From a virus: DNA of 41,912 nucleotides. The translations under genes and the position numbers were made by a program. The DNA lies in the IMG/VR virus record IMGVR_UViG_3300037618_000011, positions 1 through 41,912 of that record. One strand, given 5' to 3'. Shown here piece after piece: positions 21,636 through 31,263 of this stretch (position 1 is its first letter; the number at the start of each line of letters is the position of its first letter). The notes under the pieces are model-generated. The model was not told the DNA's origin. It made no database searches and was given only the letters and a program-made list of their open reading frames with translations.

Positions 21636-22483
21636 GGTCGAGCGCCGCAAGCGCGATTATCAACAACGCCAACGAGCGCAACCCGTATGGCAGCGTGACC
21701 TATAACCAGATTGGCACCGGCACCGTCACCGACGCCAACGGCAAGCCTATTTCCGTGCCGCGCTACGAGCGCGTGACAGAGCTTTCACCGGAACAGCAGA
21801 AACTGCTTGGCCTGCAGAACCAGATGCAGGCCAACCTTGGGGAACTGGGCGTCTCGCAGTCCTCCCGCCTTCAGGGCTTGCTCGGCACCAACCTCGACAC
21901 CGAAGGGCTGCAGGCGTGGGAGAGCGGCCGGGCACCAACCACCTACGACCCGAACGCCTACGCCAAGCAGAAGGACGACGTCGTCAATGCCCTGATGCAG
22001 CGCTACAACACCCAGCAGGCCCCGGAGCGCGCCAAGCAGGAGGCGCAGCTGGCCGCACGCGGCCTGTCACCGGGCAGTGCGAACTGGGGCTCGGTACAGG
22101 ACACCCAGAACCGGCAGGACACCGACGCCAGCATGGCCGCCCTGCTTGCCGGTGGACAGGAACAGAGCCGCCTGCTTGGCGAGGAACGCGCCGGTTACCA
22201 GCAGGAGCAGGATTATTGGTCTTTCCTGAACAATCTCCGTGGTGGCCAGCTGCAGGAACGCCAGACCGTCCGCAACGCGCCCATCAACGAGATTTCGGCA
22301 CTGATGAGCGGCAGCCAAGTCTCGGTGCCGCAGTTCCAGCCGTTCTCGCAGCAGGGTGTCGATGCCGCCCCCATCGGCCAGTACATCCAGCAGAACTACG
22401 CCAACGCATCCAACGCCGCCGCCAACACCAACGCCGGTATCTTCGGCCTTGGCGGGTCGGCCCTGAAGCTGCTCGCACTGTAA
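21569..22483 (+). CDS. Gln/Asn-rich internal virion (ejection) protein candidate, 304 aa
   Basis: ORF track. GGAGAAGG SD. Position upstream of the SLT protein. Confidence 0.55.
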   Translation: MVSQPKAPDPYDTASAQQSANVGSSAASAIINNANERNPYGSVTYNQIGTGTVTDANGKPISVPRYERVTELSPEQQKLLGLQNQMQANLGELGVSQSSRLQGLLGTNLDTEGLQAWESGRAPTTYDPNAYAKQKDDVVNALMQRYNTQQAPERAKQEAQLAARGLSPGSANWGSVQDTQNRQDTDASMAALLAGGQEQSRLLGEERAGYQQEQDYWSFLNNLRGGQLQERQTVRNAPINEISALMSGSQVSVPQFQPFSQQGVDAAPIGQYIQQNYANASNAAANTNAGIFGLGGSALKLLAL

Positions 22484-22495
22484 AGGAGCACGGAT

Positions 22496-22903
22496 ATGCC
22501 AATGCCATTCTTACAGGAACTGCTGGGAGGCGGTCAGCAGAAGCCGACCGCGCAGCAGATGGCGGGCGGCATCCCGCAGAACGCCGACCCCGGCAAGCGC
22601 CAGCTGTTTGGTGACTTCGCGCCTCCCCCGGTGACAGCCGCCCCGACCCCGGACATGACCGTCACCCCGGCGCAGCTGAAGCCACAACAGGCACCCATCG
22701 CACCCGTCGCGTCTCCTCCGGCGCAGATGGGACCGGTGGGCGGCCCTCCCATGGGCGCGGGGATGCCCATGGGAGGTGGCGGCATGGTGCCTCCGGGGGC
22801 CATGAACCAACTCGGTGATTTAGCCAGTCAGCCGCCGCCGAACCCGATGATGCAGCAGGCTTTGATGGAACGGCTGAAGCAGCTGCAGGCAGGAGGCCGG
22901 TAA
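22496..22903 (+). CDS. Pro/Met/Gly-rich virion protein, 135 aa
   Basis: ORF track. AAGGAG SD. Confidence 0.5.
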   Translation: MPMPFLQELLGGGQQKPTAQQMAGGIPQNADPGKRQLFGDFAPPPVTAAPTPDMTVTPAQLKPQQAPIAPVASPPAQMGPVGGPPMGAGMPMGGGGMVPPGAMNQLGDLASQPPPNPMMQQALMERLKQLQAGGR

Positions 22904-23659
22904 ATGGCGACGCTGCTTGGTGCCCTTCTTCAGAATGAAAGCGGCGGCAGGAACATTCTGCAAGGCGACATCGGCGATATCAACAACCGCACTGGCGATT
23001 TGGCAAAAGGCTACTTCCAAATCACCGATGCCACTTGGCGTGACTTCGGTGGCCTTGCCACCGGCTATTCCAGAGCCATTGATGCGCCCTACGAGGTGCA
23101 GGCGCAGGTCGCCGGGAACATCCCGCTGAAGCGATGGGGGCCGAACACCATCAAGGCAATGCAGGCGACCGGCAAGCCGATTGACCTGAACATGACGCTC
23201 GGCCAGAACCTCGCGGCGCAGGGTGAAAGCTTTGGCACCGCCCCCAGTGGTGGCGTTACGCACGCCCCCGACGTCGCCAGCCCGCAGGCCGCCATTGACG
23301 CGGCAGGCCCGAACCAGAAGCCGCAGACCGGCACGACGATGCCAGAGCCCGGAACCCCCGGTGGGGCTATGGGTCCGCAGAACCCTCCGGGCTGGGCTGG
23401 CCCGGCTGCCAGCCAGACGATGGTGGCGGATACCAAGAAAGATAAAAGCTGGCGCGAGAAACTGGGCGACGCGATTAGTGGCTTCAAGATGCCTGCCGTC
23501 GCCAAGAGCGACACGAACCTCGCCAGCTTGGCGATGCCGAAGGCTATGCTCGCCCCGGCGCAGGCGGTCTCCACCTTCGACCCCAACCAGCAGAATAACC
23601 AGCGGCAGCAGCTGGCGCAGGCGATGCAGCGACTGAACAGCGGGAGCCTATGGCTATGA
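22904..23659 (+). CDS. Virion-associated lytic transglycosylase (SLT-like domain)
   Basis: LLQNESGGRN...AKGYFQITDATWRDFG resembles the catalytic Glu-Ser and GxxQ motifs of SLT/VirB1-type enzymes. Confidence 0.6.
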   Translation: MATLLGALLQNESGGRNILQGDIGDINNRTGDLAKGYFQITDATWRDFGGLATGYSRAIDAPYEVQAQVAGNIPLKRWGPNTIKAMQATGKPIDLNMTLGQNLAAQGESFGTAPSGGVTHAPDVASPQAAIDAAGPNQKPQTGTTMPEPGTPGGAMGPQNPPGWAGPAASQTMVADTKKDKSWREKLGDAISGFKMPAVAKSDTNLASLAMPKAMLAPAQAVSTFDPNQQNNQRQQLAQAMQRLNSGSLWL

Positions 23660-25263
23660 GGCTGATATCGACAACCCAGACCTCGAAGACCGACCCGACC
23701 GGTGGTCTGACCCTGAAGGCGCTACAGGACCGCCGCAGGGCACTCGCGGAACAGACCCCGCAAGCCCCGGCGCAGATTGCCTCGCCGTGGCAGGGTGCCG
23801 CCTACATGGCCGACAGCTTCGTCAATGCCCTGCAGCAGAAGTCGGCCGAAGCCAAGGATACGGCCGGTCGGCAGGCGCTGGCGCAGGCACTGATGCGGCA
23901 AGACCCGATGACTGGCGACCTGCCACCGGATGCGATGGCGACGGCGCTGGCGCTCGACCCGGAAGCGGCCATGCGTATCAAGGAACATGTCATGTCCTAT
24001 CGCCAGCAGCAGGCCCAGCAGCAGGCCGGGTGGGAGCATGACAAGGCCGTTCTCGATGACCAGCGCCGCTATGACGAGGCACACGGCACCAAATTCGAGG
24101 TTGACCCGACCGACCCGACCGGGCGTCGCTACATCGACCGCAGCGGCAAGGAGCCGCCGCGCTACCTCACCCCGCCGCCCAACTACCAGCCATCGGCCGA
24201 CGACCCAACGAAGATTATCGACACCACGGGGCAGAACCCGCCCCAGTATGTCGTCCAGCCTTCGAAATACGAACAAGCCAAGGACGACCCGACAAAGTTT
24301 ATCGACGTCAGCGGCAGGAACCCACCGCAGTACGTGCAGGCACCCTCGAACTGGGTGCAGGACCAGAAAGACCCGACCCTCTGGCACGACCCGACCGGCA
24401 AGGAGCCAGACCGTTATGTCAGCCCGCCGTCGCGCTTCGAGCGGGACAAGAACAACCCAAACCTCTACAACGACACCACCGGACAGAGCGCGCCGCAGCT
24501 GGTCGAGCCGCGCGACCCGAAGCCGAATTGGGAGAAAGACCCGACCGACCCGACCGGCCAGCGCTATATCGATACGACCAAGCAGAACCCACCGGAATAC
24601 CCGGCCCCGAAGACCGGTGGCAGCGGCATCACCGTCACCACCAACGCGGACGGCACCACCACGACTACGGTCGGCGGCCCCGGACCCGGCAAGGTCACCG
24701 AAGCGCAAGGCAACATCGCCAACTACTATGCCCGCGCGGCCGGGTCTGCCGACGCCATCGACAAGGGCGAGCAGGTGCTGACGCAACTTGGTCCTCGCAT
24801 ACCATTGCTGGCGTTTGGACAGGACAGCCCACTCGGTCAGATGGCGAGCAACGTCATGGCCGGACCAGAATACCAAGTCGCGCAACAAGGGGCTTCCGAC
24901 TTCGTCACCGCCTTCCTCAGAAGGGAAAGCGGCGCGGCCATCCAGCCGTCCGAATGGGTTCGCTACAACAACCTGTTCATCCCGCAACCGGGTGACAAGC
25001 CGGAAAAGATTGCCGCCAAGCGCCGCGCCCGCGCCATCGCCATGGAAGGCATGAAGGCCCCCATCGCCGGGACACCCATCCAAACCCAGATTGATGACGC
25101 TATCGCCAAAATCAACGACCCGACCTATCAGCCCGGCACCAAGCAGATGCCCGCCGAAGGGCCGGTACGGGATGTAGCGGCCACCCCGACACCGGCCCAA
25201 TCCACACTGGCGGCAGACCCGGAAGTCGATGCCATCCTCAAGAAGTATGGTGGAGGTGGTTGA
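23650..25263 (+). CDS. Ejection/internal virion protein with six tandem repeats of about 28 aa
   Basis: Repeats of DDPTKxIDxxGxNPPQYVxxPS read in the translation (aa 151-320). Confidence 0.6.
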   Translation: MAMRLISTTQTSKTDPTGGLTLKALQDRRRALAEQTPQAPAQIASPWQGAAYMADSFVNALQQKSAEAKDTAGRQALAQALMRQDPMTGDLPPDAMATALALDPEAAMRIKEHVMSYRQQQAQQQAGWEHDKAVLDDQRRYDEAHGTKFEVDPTDPTGRRYIDRSGKEPPRYLTPPPNYQPSADDPTKIIDTTGQNPPQYVVQPSKYEQAKDDPTKFIDVSGRNPPQYVQAPSNWVQDQKDPTLWHDPTGKEPDRYVSPPSRFERDKNNPNLYNDTTGQSAPQLVEPRDPKPNWEKDPTDPTGQRYIDTTKQNPPEYPAPKTGGSGITVTTNADGTTTTTVGGPGPGKVTEAQGNIANYYARAAGSADAIDKGEQVLTQLGPRIPLLAFGQDSPLGQMASNVMAGPEYQVAQQGASDFVTAFLRRESGAAIQPSEWVRYNNLFIPQPGDKPEKIAAKRRARAIAMEGMKAPIAGTPIQTQIDDAIAKINDPTYQPGTKQMPAEGPVRDVAATPTPAQSTLAADPEVDAILKKYGGGG

Positions 25264-25264
25264 G

Positions 25265-27334
25265 ATGGCGACGACGGAACAGATTGGCAGGGCAATGAAG
25301 GCGGCCGAAGCCGCAGGCGACAGCGAGGCTGTGAAGAAGCTCATCCCGGCCTACAAGGCTGCGCAGCAGGCAGAGACCGCCGCGCCTACCGAACCGGAAG
25401 CAGTCGGATACCGCCGCGCCGACCAGCCGACGCCAGACGCCCCGGCTGCGCCAGCTGCACCGCCCGTGTCGCGCGGCTACGACGTGCTTCGCTCTGTCGG
25501 CACCGGGCTTCGCTCTGCCGCAGAGCATGGTGTCGGCTTCTTCGGTGACATCGGAGACCTTGGCACGGCAGCCGGTGAGAAGGTGTCGGGCTGGCTCGGT
25601 ATCACCCCGGAGGAACGCGCAGCAGCCCAAGCCGCCCGCACCTCCGGGCCGTTGGGCTTCACACAGAAGCTGCCGGGGCCGCCGTCCGGCGAGGACATCA
25701 GCCAGAACGTCACCACCCCCGCCATAGGCGAGCACTACCAGCCGCAGACCAAGGTGGGCGAGAAGGCCCGCGACCTGTCCGAATTTGCCGGTGGCATGGT
25801 CGGCGGCCCAGCCAACCTGCTGACCCGCTTCGGCACCCGCGTCGTCGCCCCGTGGCTTGGCAGCGAGGGAGGCTCGCAGCTGGCCAAGGCGACCGGGCTT
25901 GAAGACTACGAGCCCGCCCTGCGCTTTCTCGGTGCCGTGGCAGTTGGCGGTGCCGCTGCCGGTACGGAGCGCGGCGCTATCGGTGACGCCGCCAAGAAGA
26001 TAGGCGAGAACCCGCAGGCCCTCGCCCGCTTTCAGGCGCTGCTCAAGCAGAGCGGCATGACTGAAGAACAGATACTCGCCAAGCAGAATGAGCTTGGCAT
26101 ACTGGCCAATCCGATGGACGTTTCCAAGCCGATGGCTTGGCAAGGTGGCCGCATCGTTGCCAAGGGTGGCGAGCCCGGCGTGACCGTCGCGAACGCGCTG
26201 GAAGAACGCTACAAGGGCGGCAACCAGCGCATCAATGAGACCTTGGAAAAGGTGGGGCCAAACGAAGACCCCAGCCAAGTGCGCAAGGAATTCAGTCAGC
26301 GGGCGAAGGATATTGGCGAGGAGTACCCGGCCGCCCACGCCGCGCAGAAGCAGCCGGTCGACACCCAGTCGATTGCCGATGAACTGGACACTGAACTGGC
26401 AAACGCGCGCGGCAGCAGGAAGCCAACACTGCAGGCTATTCGTGACAGCCTCAACATCCCCGGTGGCGACCCGCTCAAGCCGGACACGATGGCACTCGAC
26501 CCGTCGACAAACGGGCTGCACAACGCCCGCAAGGACATCGGCAACATGCTCTACGATGCCGATGGCAACATCCGCCCCAACCTTGGGACGGAGGAAGCTG
26601 GGGCGCTGAAATACTACTACGGCAAAATCACCGACGCCCTGCATGAAGCGTCCGACCCGTTCAAGGATGTCGACACCCGTTACAGCGGTGTGAAGAAGGA
26701 AGGGGCTGCCTACGAACAAGGGCGTTCACTGCTTGACAGCAAACGCGAAACGCCGACCCCCGGCGACGTCAACCGGCAGATAGAAAAGGGCGGCCCAGCC
26801 GTCAAGACCGCACTGAGCCGGGGCGCGCTCACCGACCTGTACCGCATCGTCGGTCAGAACGCTAACGACCGGGTCGCGCTGCAGAACGTCGTCAAGGGGG
26901 CTGGTGACTGGAACCGCGACAAGCTCACCTCGCTGTTTGGCGAGGAGAAGGCCAAGGCCATTTTCGACGTGCTCGAACGCGAGAAGGTGTTTTCCGAAAC
27001 CAAGAACGCCGTGACCGGGGGCAGCCCGACCGCATCGCGGCAGGCTGAAGAGATGGGGCCGTTCTCTGGTCTCAGTTGGTCCGACGCAATTAAAGTTGGT
27101 GGCCTGTCTGCCATCCCGCGTGCGCTCGCCATGCGCGTGGTCGATAGCATCTCGGAAAAGATGTCCACCGGCAGGATTGAGGCGCGCGACGCATCGCTGG
27201 CCAACATGCTGTCTGGCAAGACCAACCGCGCCGAACTGGCCAAGGCTCTATTGAAGGCAAGGACCGGGCCGTCGCGGCTCAAAGGGCCACTACTCGGTGG
27301 CGTTCTCTCGCAGAACAAAGAGGAGAAGCGGTAA
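25265..27334 (+). CDS. Large internal virion/ejection protein candidate, 689 aa
   Basis: ATG 25265 lies 2 nt after the upstream stop, behind GGTGGAGGTGG. Called by position. Confidence 0.55.
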   Translation: MATTEQIGRAMKAAEAAGDSEAVKKLIPAYKAAQQAETAAPTEPEAVGYRRADQPTPDAPAAPAAPPVSRGYDVLRSVGTGLRSAAEHGVGFFGDIGDLGTAAGEKVSGWLGITPEERAAAQAARTSGPLGFTQKLPGPPSGEDISQNVTTPAIGEHYQPQTKVGEKARDLSEFAGGMVGGPANLLTRFGTRVVAPWLGSEGGSQLAKATGLEDYEPALRFLGAVAVGGAAAGTERGAIGDAAKKIGENPQALARFQALLKQSGMTEEQILAKQNELGILANPMDVSKPMAWQGGRIVAKGGEPGVTVANALEERYKGGNQRINETLEKVGPNEDPSQVRKEFSQRAKDIGEEYPAAHAAQKQPVDTQSIADELDTELANARGSRKPTLQAIRDSLNIPGGDPLKPDTMALDPSTNGLHNARKDIGNMLYDADGNIRPNLGTEEAGALKYYYGKITDALHEASDPFKDVDTRYSGVKKEGAAYEQGRSLLDSKRETPTPGDVNRQIEKGGPAVKTALSRGALTDLYRIVGQNANDRVALQNVVKGAGDWNRDKLTSLFGEEKAKAIFDVLEREKVFSETKNAVTGGSPTASRQAEEMGPFSGLSWSDAIKVGGLSAIPRALAMRVVDSISEKMSTGRIEARDASLANMLSGKTNRAELAKALLKARTGPSRLKGPLLGGVLSQNKEEKR

Positions 27335-28347
27335 TGCCCTTTGACGGTAATGGCACCTTCAGCCGCGTGATGAACTGGGTGCAGGATGCGGCTGCAGCCA
27401 TCAAGATTAAGGCCGACCGGCACGACCAGAACGATGACGACATCGCGTCCGGGCTCACCAACTGCTTGACCAAGGACGGCCAGACCCAGCCGACCAACCA
27501 CCTGCCGATGAACGGCAAGCGGCTGATGAACCTTGGCGACCCGACCGCCGACACCGACGCTGCCAACAAGAAGTATGTCGACGCCCTGAAAGCCTTCTCG
27601 AAGGGGCTGGAAATATCCGGTGCTGACAATTTCGGCCGACTGGGCTTCACCTCGACCACGGGCGTCAACGGCCTGTCGTTCACGGGTGCCGACCTTGGCT
27701 GGTTCGCCAAGCTGGCCGACGCCACCGCCACCCCGGCGCTGCTCAACCGGCTGGTGCTGAACGACAAGCCGGACGGGTCCGGCACCGACGTCATCGTCGC
27801 CAATGACGACGGCAGCATCGTCACCAAGAAGTCGGTCGCGGCCCCGGAACTGGACGTCAAGCCGACGAGCGGCGCAGGCAAGATTGTCTTCTATGCGGCC
27901 GATGGCACCGAACGGATGACCATCGCCATCGACAGCGGCGCGCAGGCCGACGCCACCATCACAGTGGCCGACAAGGTCATCACGCTGGGCAAGGACGGCT
28001 CGCTGAAGGCAACAGACAAGGTTTATGCCGGTGCCGCCTATCTCAACACCGATGGGAACCTCAGCGGCTCGGCGTGGAACGCGTGGGGCTCAACATCTGC
28101 TTTCAACGCCATCAACGCCCGCATCGAGAACCGGGCGCAGGCATGGGCCAACGACCGCGTCGCCAACCTGCAGTACCGCAAGGTGTCGTTGAGCTACAAC
28201 AGCGCCCCCAGCATCCAGAACCTCGGCGGGCAGGTTGTCGTTGGCTACGAGCGTGAGAGCGGCGGCAACGGGCAGGTCTTCGGCCTGTATTTCGTGTACC
28301 TGCAGATTTATGACCCGGTTCGCGGGTGGGTGGGATTTTCGGGATGA
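27334..28347 (+). CDS. Tail fibre/spike protein 1
   Basis: N-terminus FDGNGTFSRVMNWVQDAAAAIKIKADRHDQNDDDIASGL...DADAANKKYVD is a common tail-fibre N-terminal pattern. Confidence 0.65.
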   Translation: MPFDGNGTFSRVMNWVQDAAAAIKIKADRHDQNDDDIASGLTNCLTKDGQTQPTNHLPMNGKRLMNLGDPTADTDAANKKYVDALKAFSKGLEISGADNFGRLGFTSTTGVNGLSFTGADLGWFAKLADATATPALLNRLVLNDKPDGSGTDVIVANDDGSIVTKKSVAAPELDVKPTSGAGKIVFYAADGTERMTIAIDSGAQADATITVADKVITLGKDGSLKATDKVYAGAAYLNTDGNLSGSAWNAWGSTSAFNAINARIENRAQAWANDRVANLQYRKVSLSYNSAPSIQNLGGQVVVGYERESGGNGQVFGLYFVYLQIYDPVRGWVGFSG

Positions 28348-28676
28348 GCGCCATGGAAATCACCGACTTCGGCTTCTTCCACATCATCGAGCCACCGCCC
28401 GACAACCGCATCCTGTTGTTCGAAAACGAGGATGGGCAGGACTGGTACGAGATGCGGTTTGCGCTGACGGAGTGGGAACCGGCGACCGGCGAATTTATCA
28501 ATGCCGTCTACGGGGCGTGGGCCATGTGCGACGCCGATGGCATCGTCACCAATGTCGAGCAAGACCCGTCGCGGCTGATGCCGGGCGACCGGCGCGTCCT
28601 TGGCATTGACGCCAGCTATGCCGACATCCGGCCGGGCATGGTCTATCGCGACGGTCAATTGGAGGCACCGGCATGA
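28344..28676 (+). CDS. Tail-fibre assembly (Tfa-like) protein
   Basis: ATGA coupling to the fibre gene. DPSRLMPGDRRVLGID resembles the Caudovirales tail-fibre assembly pattern. Confidence 0.45.
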   Translation: MSAMEITDFGFFHIIEPPPDNRILLFENEDGQDWYEMRFALTEWEPATGEFINAVYGAWAMCDADGIVTNVEQDPSRLMPGDRRVLGIDASYADIRPGMVYRDGQLEAPA

Positions 28677-29371
28677 AGGTCTTGCGCACCATTGCCCTCA
28701 ACCCGATTGAGCCCGCGCCGATGTCGCTGCGGGTGCCTGCCAAGGTGCCGCTGACCATCGACTTCCAGTACCTGACCGCAGACGGCAGGTCCGTGGGTGT
28801 TGACGTCGCGGCGCAGCTGCAGGTGACCGCGAGGACGAACGGACAGACCGATGTCTATCCGGTCCCGGCCACCGACGTCATCAACGGCAAGGCGCGCGTG
28901 TCCATCGGCAAGGACGTGCTGAAGGACATCAACGGCTACCGCGTGCGGCTGGTCGGCACCGTCAAGGGTGAGGCGCAGCTGATAGCGCTCGGCACCCTGC
29001 GCATCACCGACGCCGCCGGTATCGAGGAGACCCCGGAAGACATCATTGACGATGTCTCGCTGGAAATGACCTACAACTTTGACACCTCCGTTTCTGTCCG
29101 GCTGTGGCAGGACGCAGGCAAGACCACGCCCTTCGACCTCAACACCGCGACGATATCGGCCGCCATCTACACCAGCCGCGACGACAGCGGGGCGCTCGCC
29201 ACCTTCACCGTGGTCCAGACAGCCATCCCCGGCGAGGTGCTGCTGCAGCTGCCGTACACGGTCGTCAACACGCTGCCATCGGGCTGCTGGTGGTCGCTGC
29301 GCGCCTCGACGGCGGCAGGCACCACGACGCTGTGTCAAGGCAGCGTCAGCATCACCGGAGTGCGGCCATGA
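28673..29371 (+). CDS. Tail-associated protein with two Ig-like beta-rich halves, 232 aa
   Basis: ORF track. ATGA coupling. Internal duplication is suggested by the two similar halves. Confidence 0.5.
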   Translation: MKVLRTIALNPIEPAPMSLRVPAKVPLTIDFQYLTADGRSVGVDVAAQLQVTARTNGQTDVYPVPATDVINGKARVSIGKDVLKDINGYRVRLVGTVKGEAQLIALGTLRITDAAGIEETPEDIIDDVSLEMTYNFDTSVSVRLWQDAGKTTPFDLNTATISAAIYTSRDDSGALATFTVVQTAIPGEVLLQLPYTVVNTLPSGCWWSLRASTAAGTTTLCQGSVSITGVRP

Positions 29372-31263
29372 CTGATGTCATCGTTTCCAACAAGGATGTG
29401 GTGGTCGAGGTCGCACAGCCGACCGTGCCAGCCGCTGCCGTGCCGCCGAAGATTGGGCTGGTCGAAATCAACCAAGTCGTGCAGCGCGGCTCGGCATGGA
29501 TGACCGGCAACGGGCCGCCGACGCTCGCTGGTGGCCAGTACGGCGACATGTACCTCGATGTCGACACGGGTGACATGTACCTCTGGAACGGTGCCGAATG
29601 GGAATATCAGGGCACCTTCGCGCCCTCGACGCTGACCCCGGAGGAAATACTGGCGGCCATGCTCACGGTCGACGGCGCTGGCTCGGCACTCGATGCCGAC
29701 CTGCTCGACGGTCAGCACGGGGCCTACTACGCCACCCAGACCGACATGATGGCGGTGCAGGACAAGAACACCGCGCAGGACGGCCAGATAACGACCCTGC
29801 AGTCGGCCACATCAGCCAACGCCAGCAACATCTCAGCAGAGAGCACGGCACGCCAGAGCGCCGACACGACGCTGACCAACAACCTCAACGCGGAAATCAC
29901 CAACCGCACCAATGCCGATACCGCGCTCAACACCGCAATCACCACCGAAATCACCAACCGCACCGCCGACGTCAATGCCGAAGAAGCAGCCCGCATCGCG
30001 GCCGACAACGCGCTGACCACGTCAGTCAACAGCAAGATTGGCGAGGCCCCGAACGACGGCCAGCAATACGTTCGCAAGAACCTGTCATGGCAACCGGTGT
30101 CGGTCCCTCCCGGCACCATCGTATCCGACACCGCGCCCGCCAATCCGCCCGACAATCAGATGTGGTTCGAAAGCGACACCGGCAATCTGTACATCTGGTA
30201 TCGCGACGCGGATGGTGCCCAGTGGGTCATGCTGGCACCGGGGCTGGGCTACACGCCACCGGACCTGTCCGGTTACACCATCAAGACCGCTCGCACCCGC
30301 AATCGCATCAATAATCCGACCGCGCAGGTGAGCCAGCAGAACGGCACGACGGCGGTCACAGCGAGTGGCTACCCAGCCGACCAGATAGCTGCCGGTTCCA
30401 GCGGCATCATCTTTTCTGGCCAGAAAGTGACGCTGGCGACACCGACGCCGGAAGGCACGCTGACAGGCGTGGCGATTACCGCGACGACAGCGAAAGCCTC
30501 GTTGGCCGCGACGGATTATCTCTATGAACTATTCCCGGTCGAAGGTCTCGACATTGCCGATTTCGGCTGGGGCGCAGCAGGTGCCAAGCAGGTTGTGGTT
30601 CGTTTCTGCGCCGTCTGTGACCAAGCAGGAACCTATGGTTTTGCCATCACCAACGGCGCTGGTGACCGCGCTTGGTGTGGCTCCTTCACCATCGCACAGG
30701 CAGGCGTGCCGCAGGTCTTCACCATCGTTGTCCCCGGCGACACGACAGGCACATGGCCGGTGGACAACACCTACGCACTGTCGCTGCGCTTCTCCTACGC
30801 CTATGGCTCCAACTATGTCGGTGCGGCTGGCTGGGGTGGCGGCAACAAGATGGGCGTCGCCGGGGTGACCAACGGCGCGGCAGTCGCCAATGCAAAGCTC
30901 ACCATCACCGATGTCGGACTATACCTTGACCCCGAAGCTACAGGGCTTGCACCGCCCTTCAACGCGCCGTCATACGAGGACGACTTGGCGCGATGCCAGC
31001 GGTACTGGTGCAAGGTTAACAACCTTTTTTCTGGTCAATTGACGTCTGGTAGCGCCTACGCGACTAACGCCTATCTACCGTGCCATATGCGGGTAACCCC
31101 CACCCTGTCCGGTGTTCAAGTTGGCTCTGGAAGTTTTCCGACCACACCGGGAGGTATCACGTTTGCTAATTTTAACGCCGTTCAGGAGACCCGCACGGCG
31201 AATGCCACTGTCGGCTCGGGGTACTACACGACGACGATTACAGCGACAGCGAGGTTGGTCTGA
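29368..31263 (+). CDS. Tail fibre protein 2 (long fibre: coiled-coil repeats plus C-terminal receptor-binding domain)
   Basis: ATGA start at 29368. Contains the NAEITNRTNADTALNTAITTEITNRTADVNAEEAARIAADNALT repeats. The C-terminal 320 aa are paralogous to 33122..34201. Confidence 0.75.
   Translation: MTDVIVSNKDVVVEVAQPTVPAAAVPPKIGLVEINQVVQRGSAWMTGNGPPTLAGGQYGDMYLDVDTGDMYLWNGAEWEYQGTFAPSTLTPEEILAAMLTVDGAGSALDADLLDGQHGAYYATQTDMMAVQDKNTAQDGQITTLQSATSANASNISAESTARQSADTTLTNNLNAEITNRTNADTALNTAITTEITNRTADVNAEEAARIAADNALTTSVNSKIGEAPNDGQQYVRKNLSWQPVSVPPGTIVSDTAPANPPDNQMWFESDTGNLYIWYRDADGAQWVMLAPGLGYTPPDLSGYTIKTARTRNRINNPTAQVSQQNGTTAVTASGYPADQIAAGSSGIIFSGQKVTLATPTPEGTLTGVAITATTAKASLAATDYLYELFPVEGLDIADFGWGAAGAKQVVVRFCAVCDQAGTYGFAITNGAGDRAWCGSFTIAQAGVPQVFTIVVPGDTTGTWPVDNTYALSLRFSYAYGSNYVGAAGWGGGNKMGVAGVTNGAAVANAKLTITDVGLYLDPEATGLAPPFNAPSYEDDLARCQRYWCKVNNLFSGQLTSGSAYATNAYLPCHMRVTPTLSGVQVGSGSFPTTPGGITFANFNAVQETRTANATVGSGYYTTTITATARLV

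Noticed and set aside
23722-26719. Two very long minus-strand ORFs (23722..25344, 540 aa; 25238..26719, 493 aa)
   Set aside because: They are antisense to the ejection-protein genes, whose plus-strand products show a clean tandem repeat and normal composition. The minus products are Arg/Gly/Leu/Val-biased.
29104-29367. Upstream extension of the long tail-fibre ORF (track start 29104)
   Set aside because: The extension overlaps the preceding gene, and its translation is Arg/His/Gly-rich. ATG 29368 forms an ATGA junction with the upstream stop.
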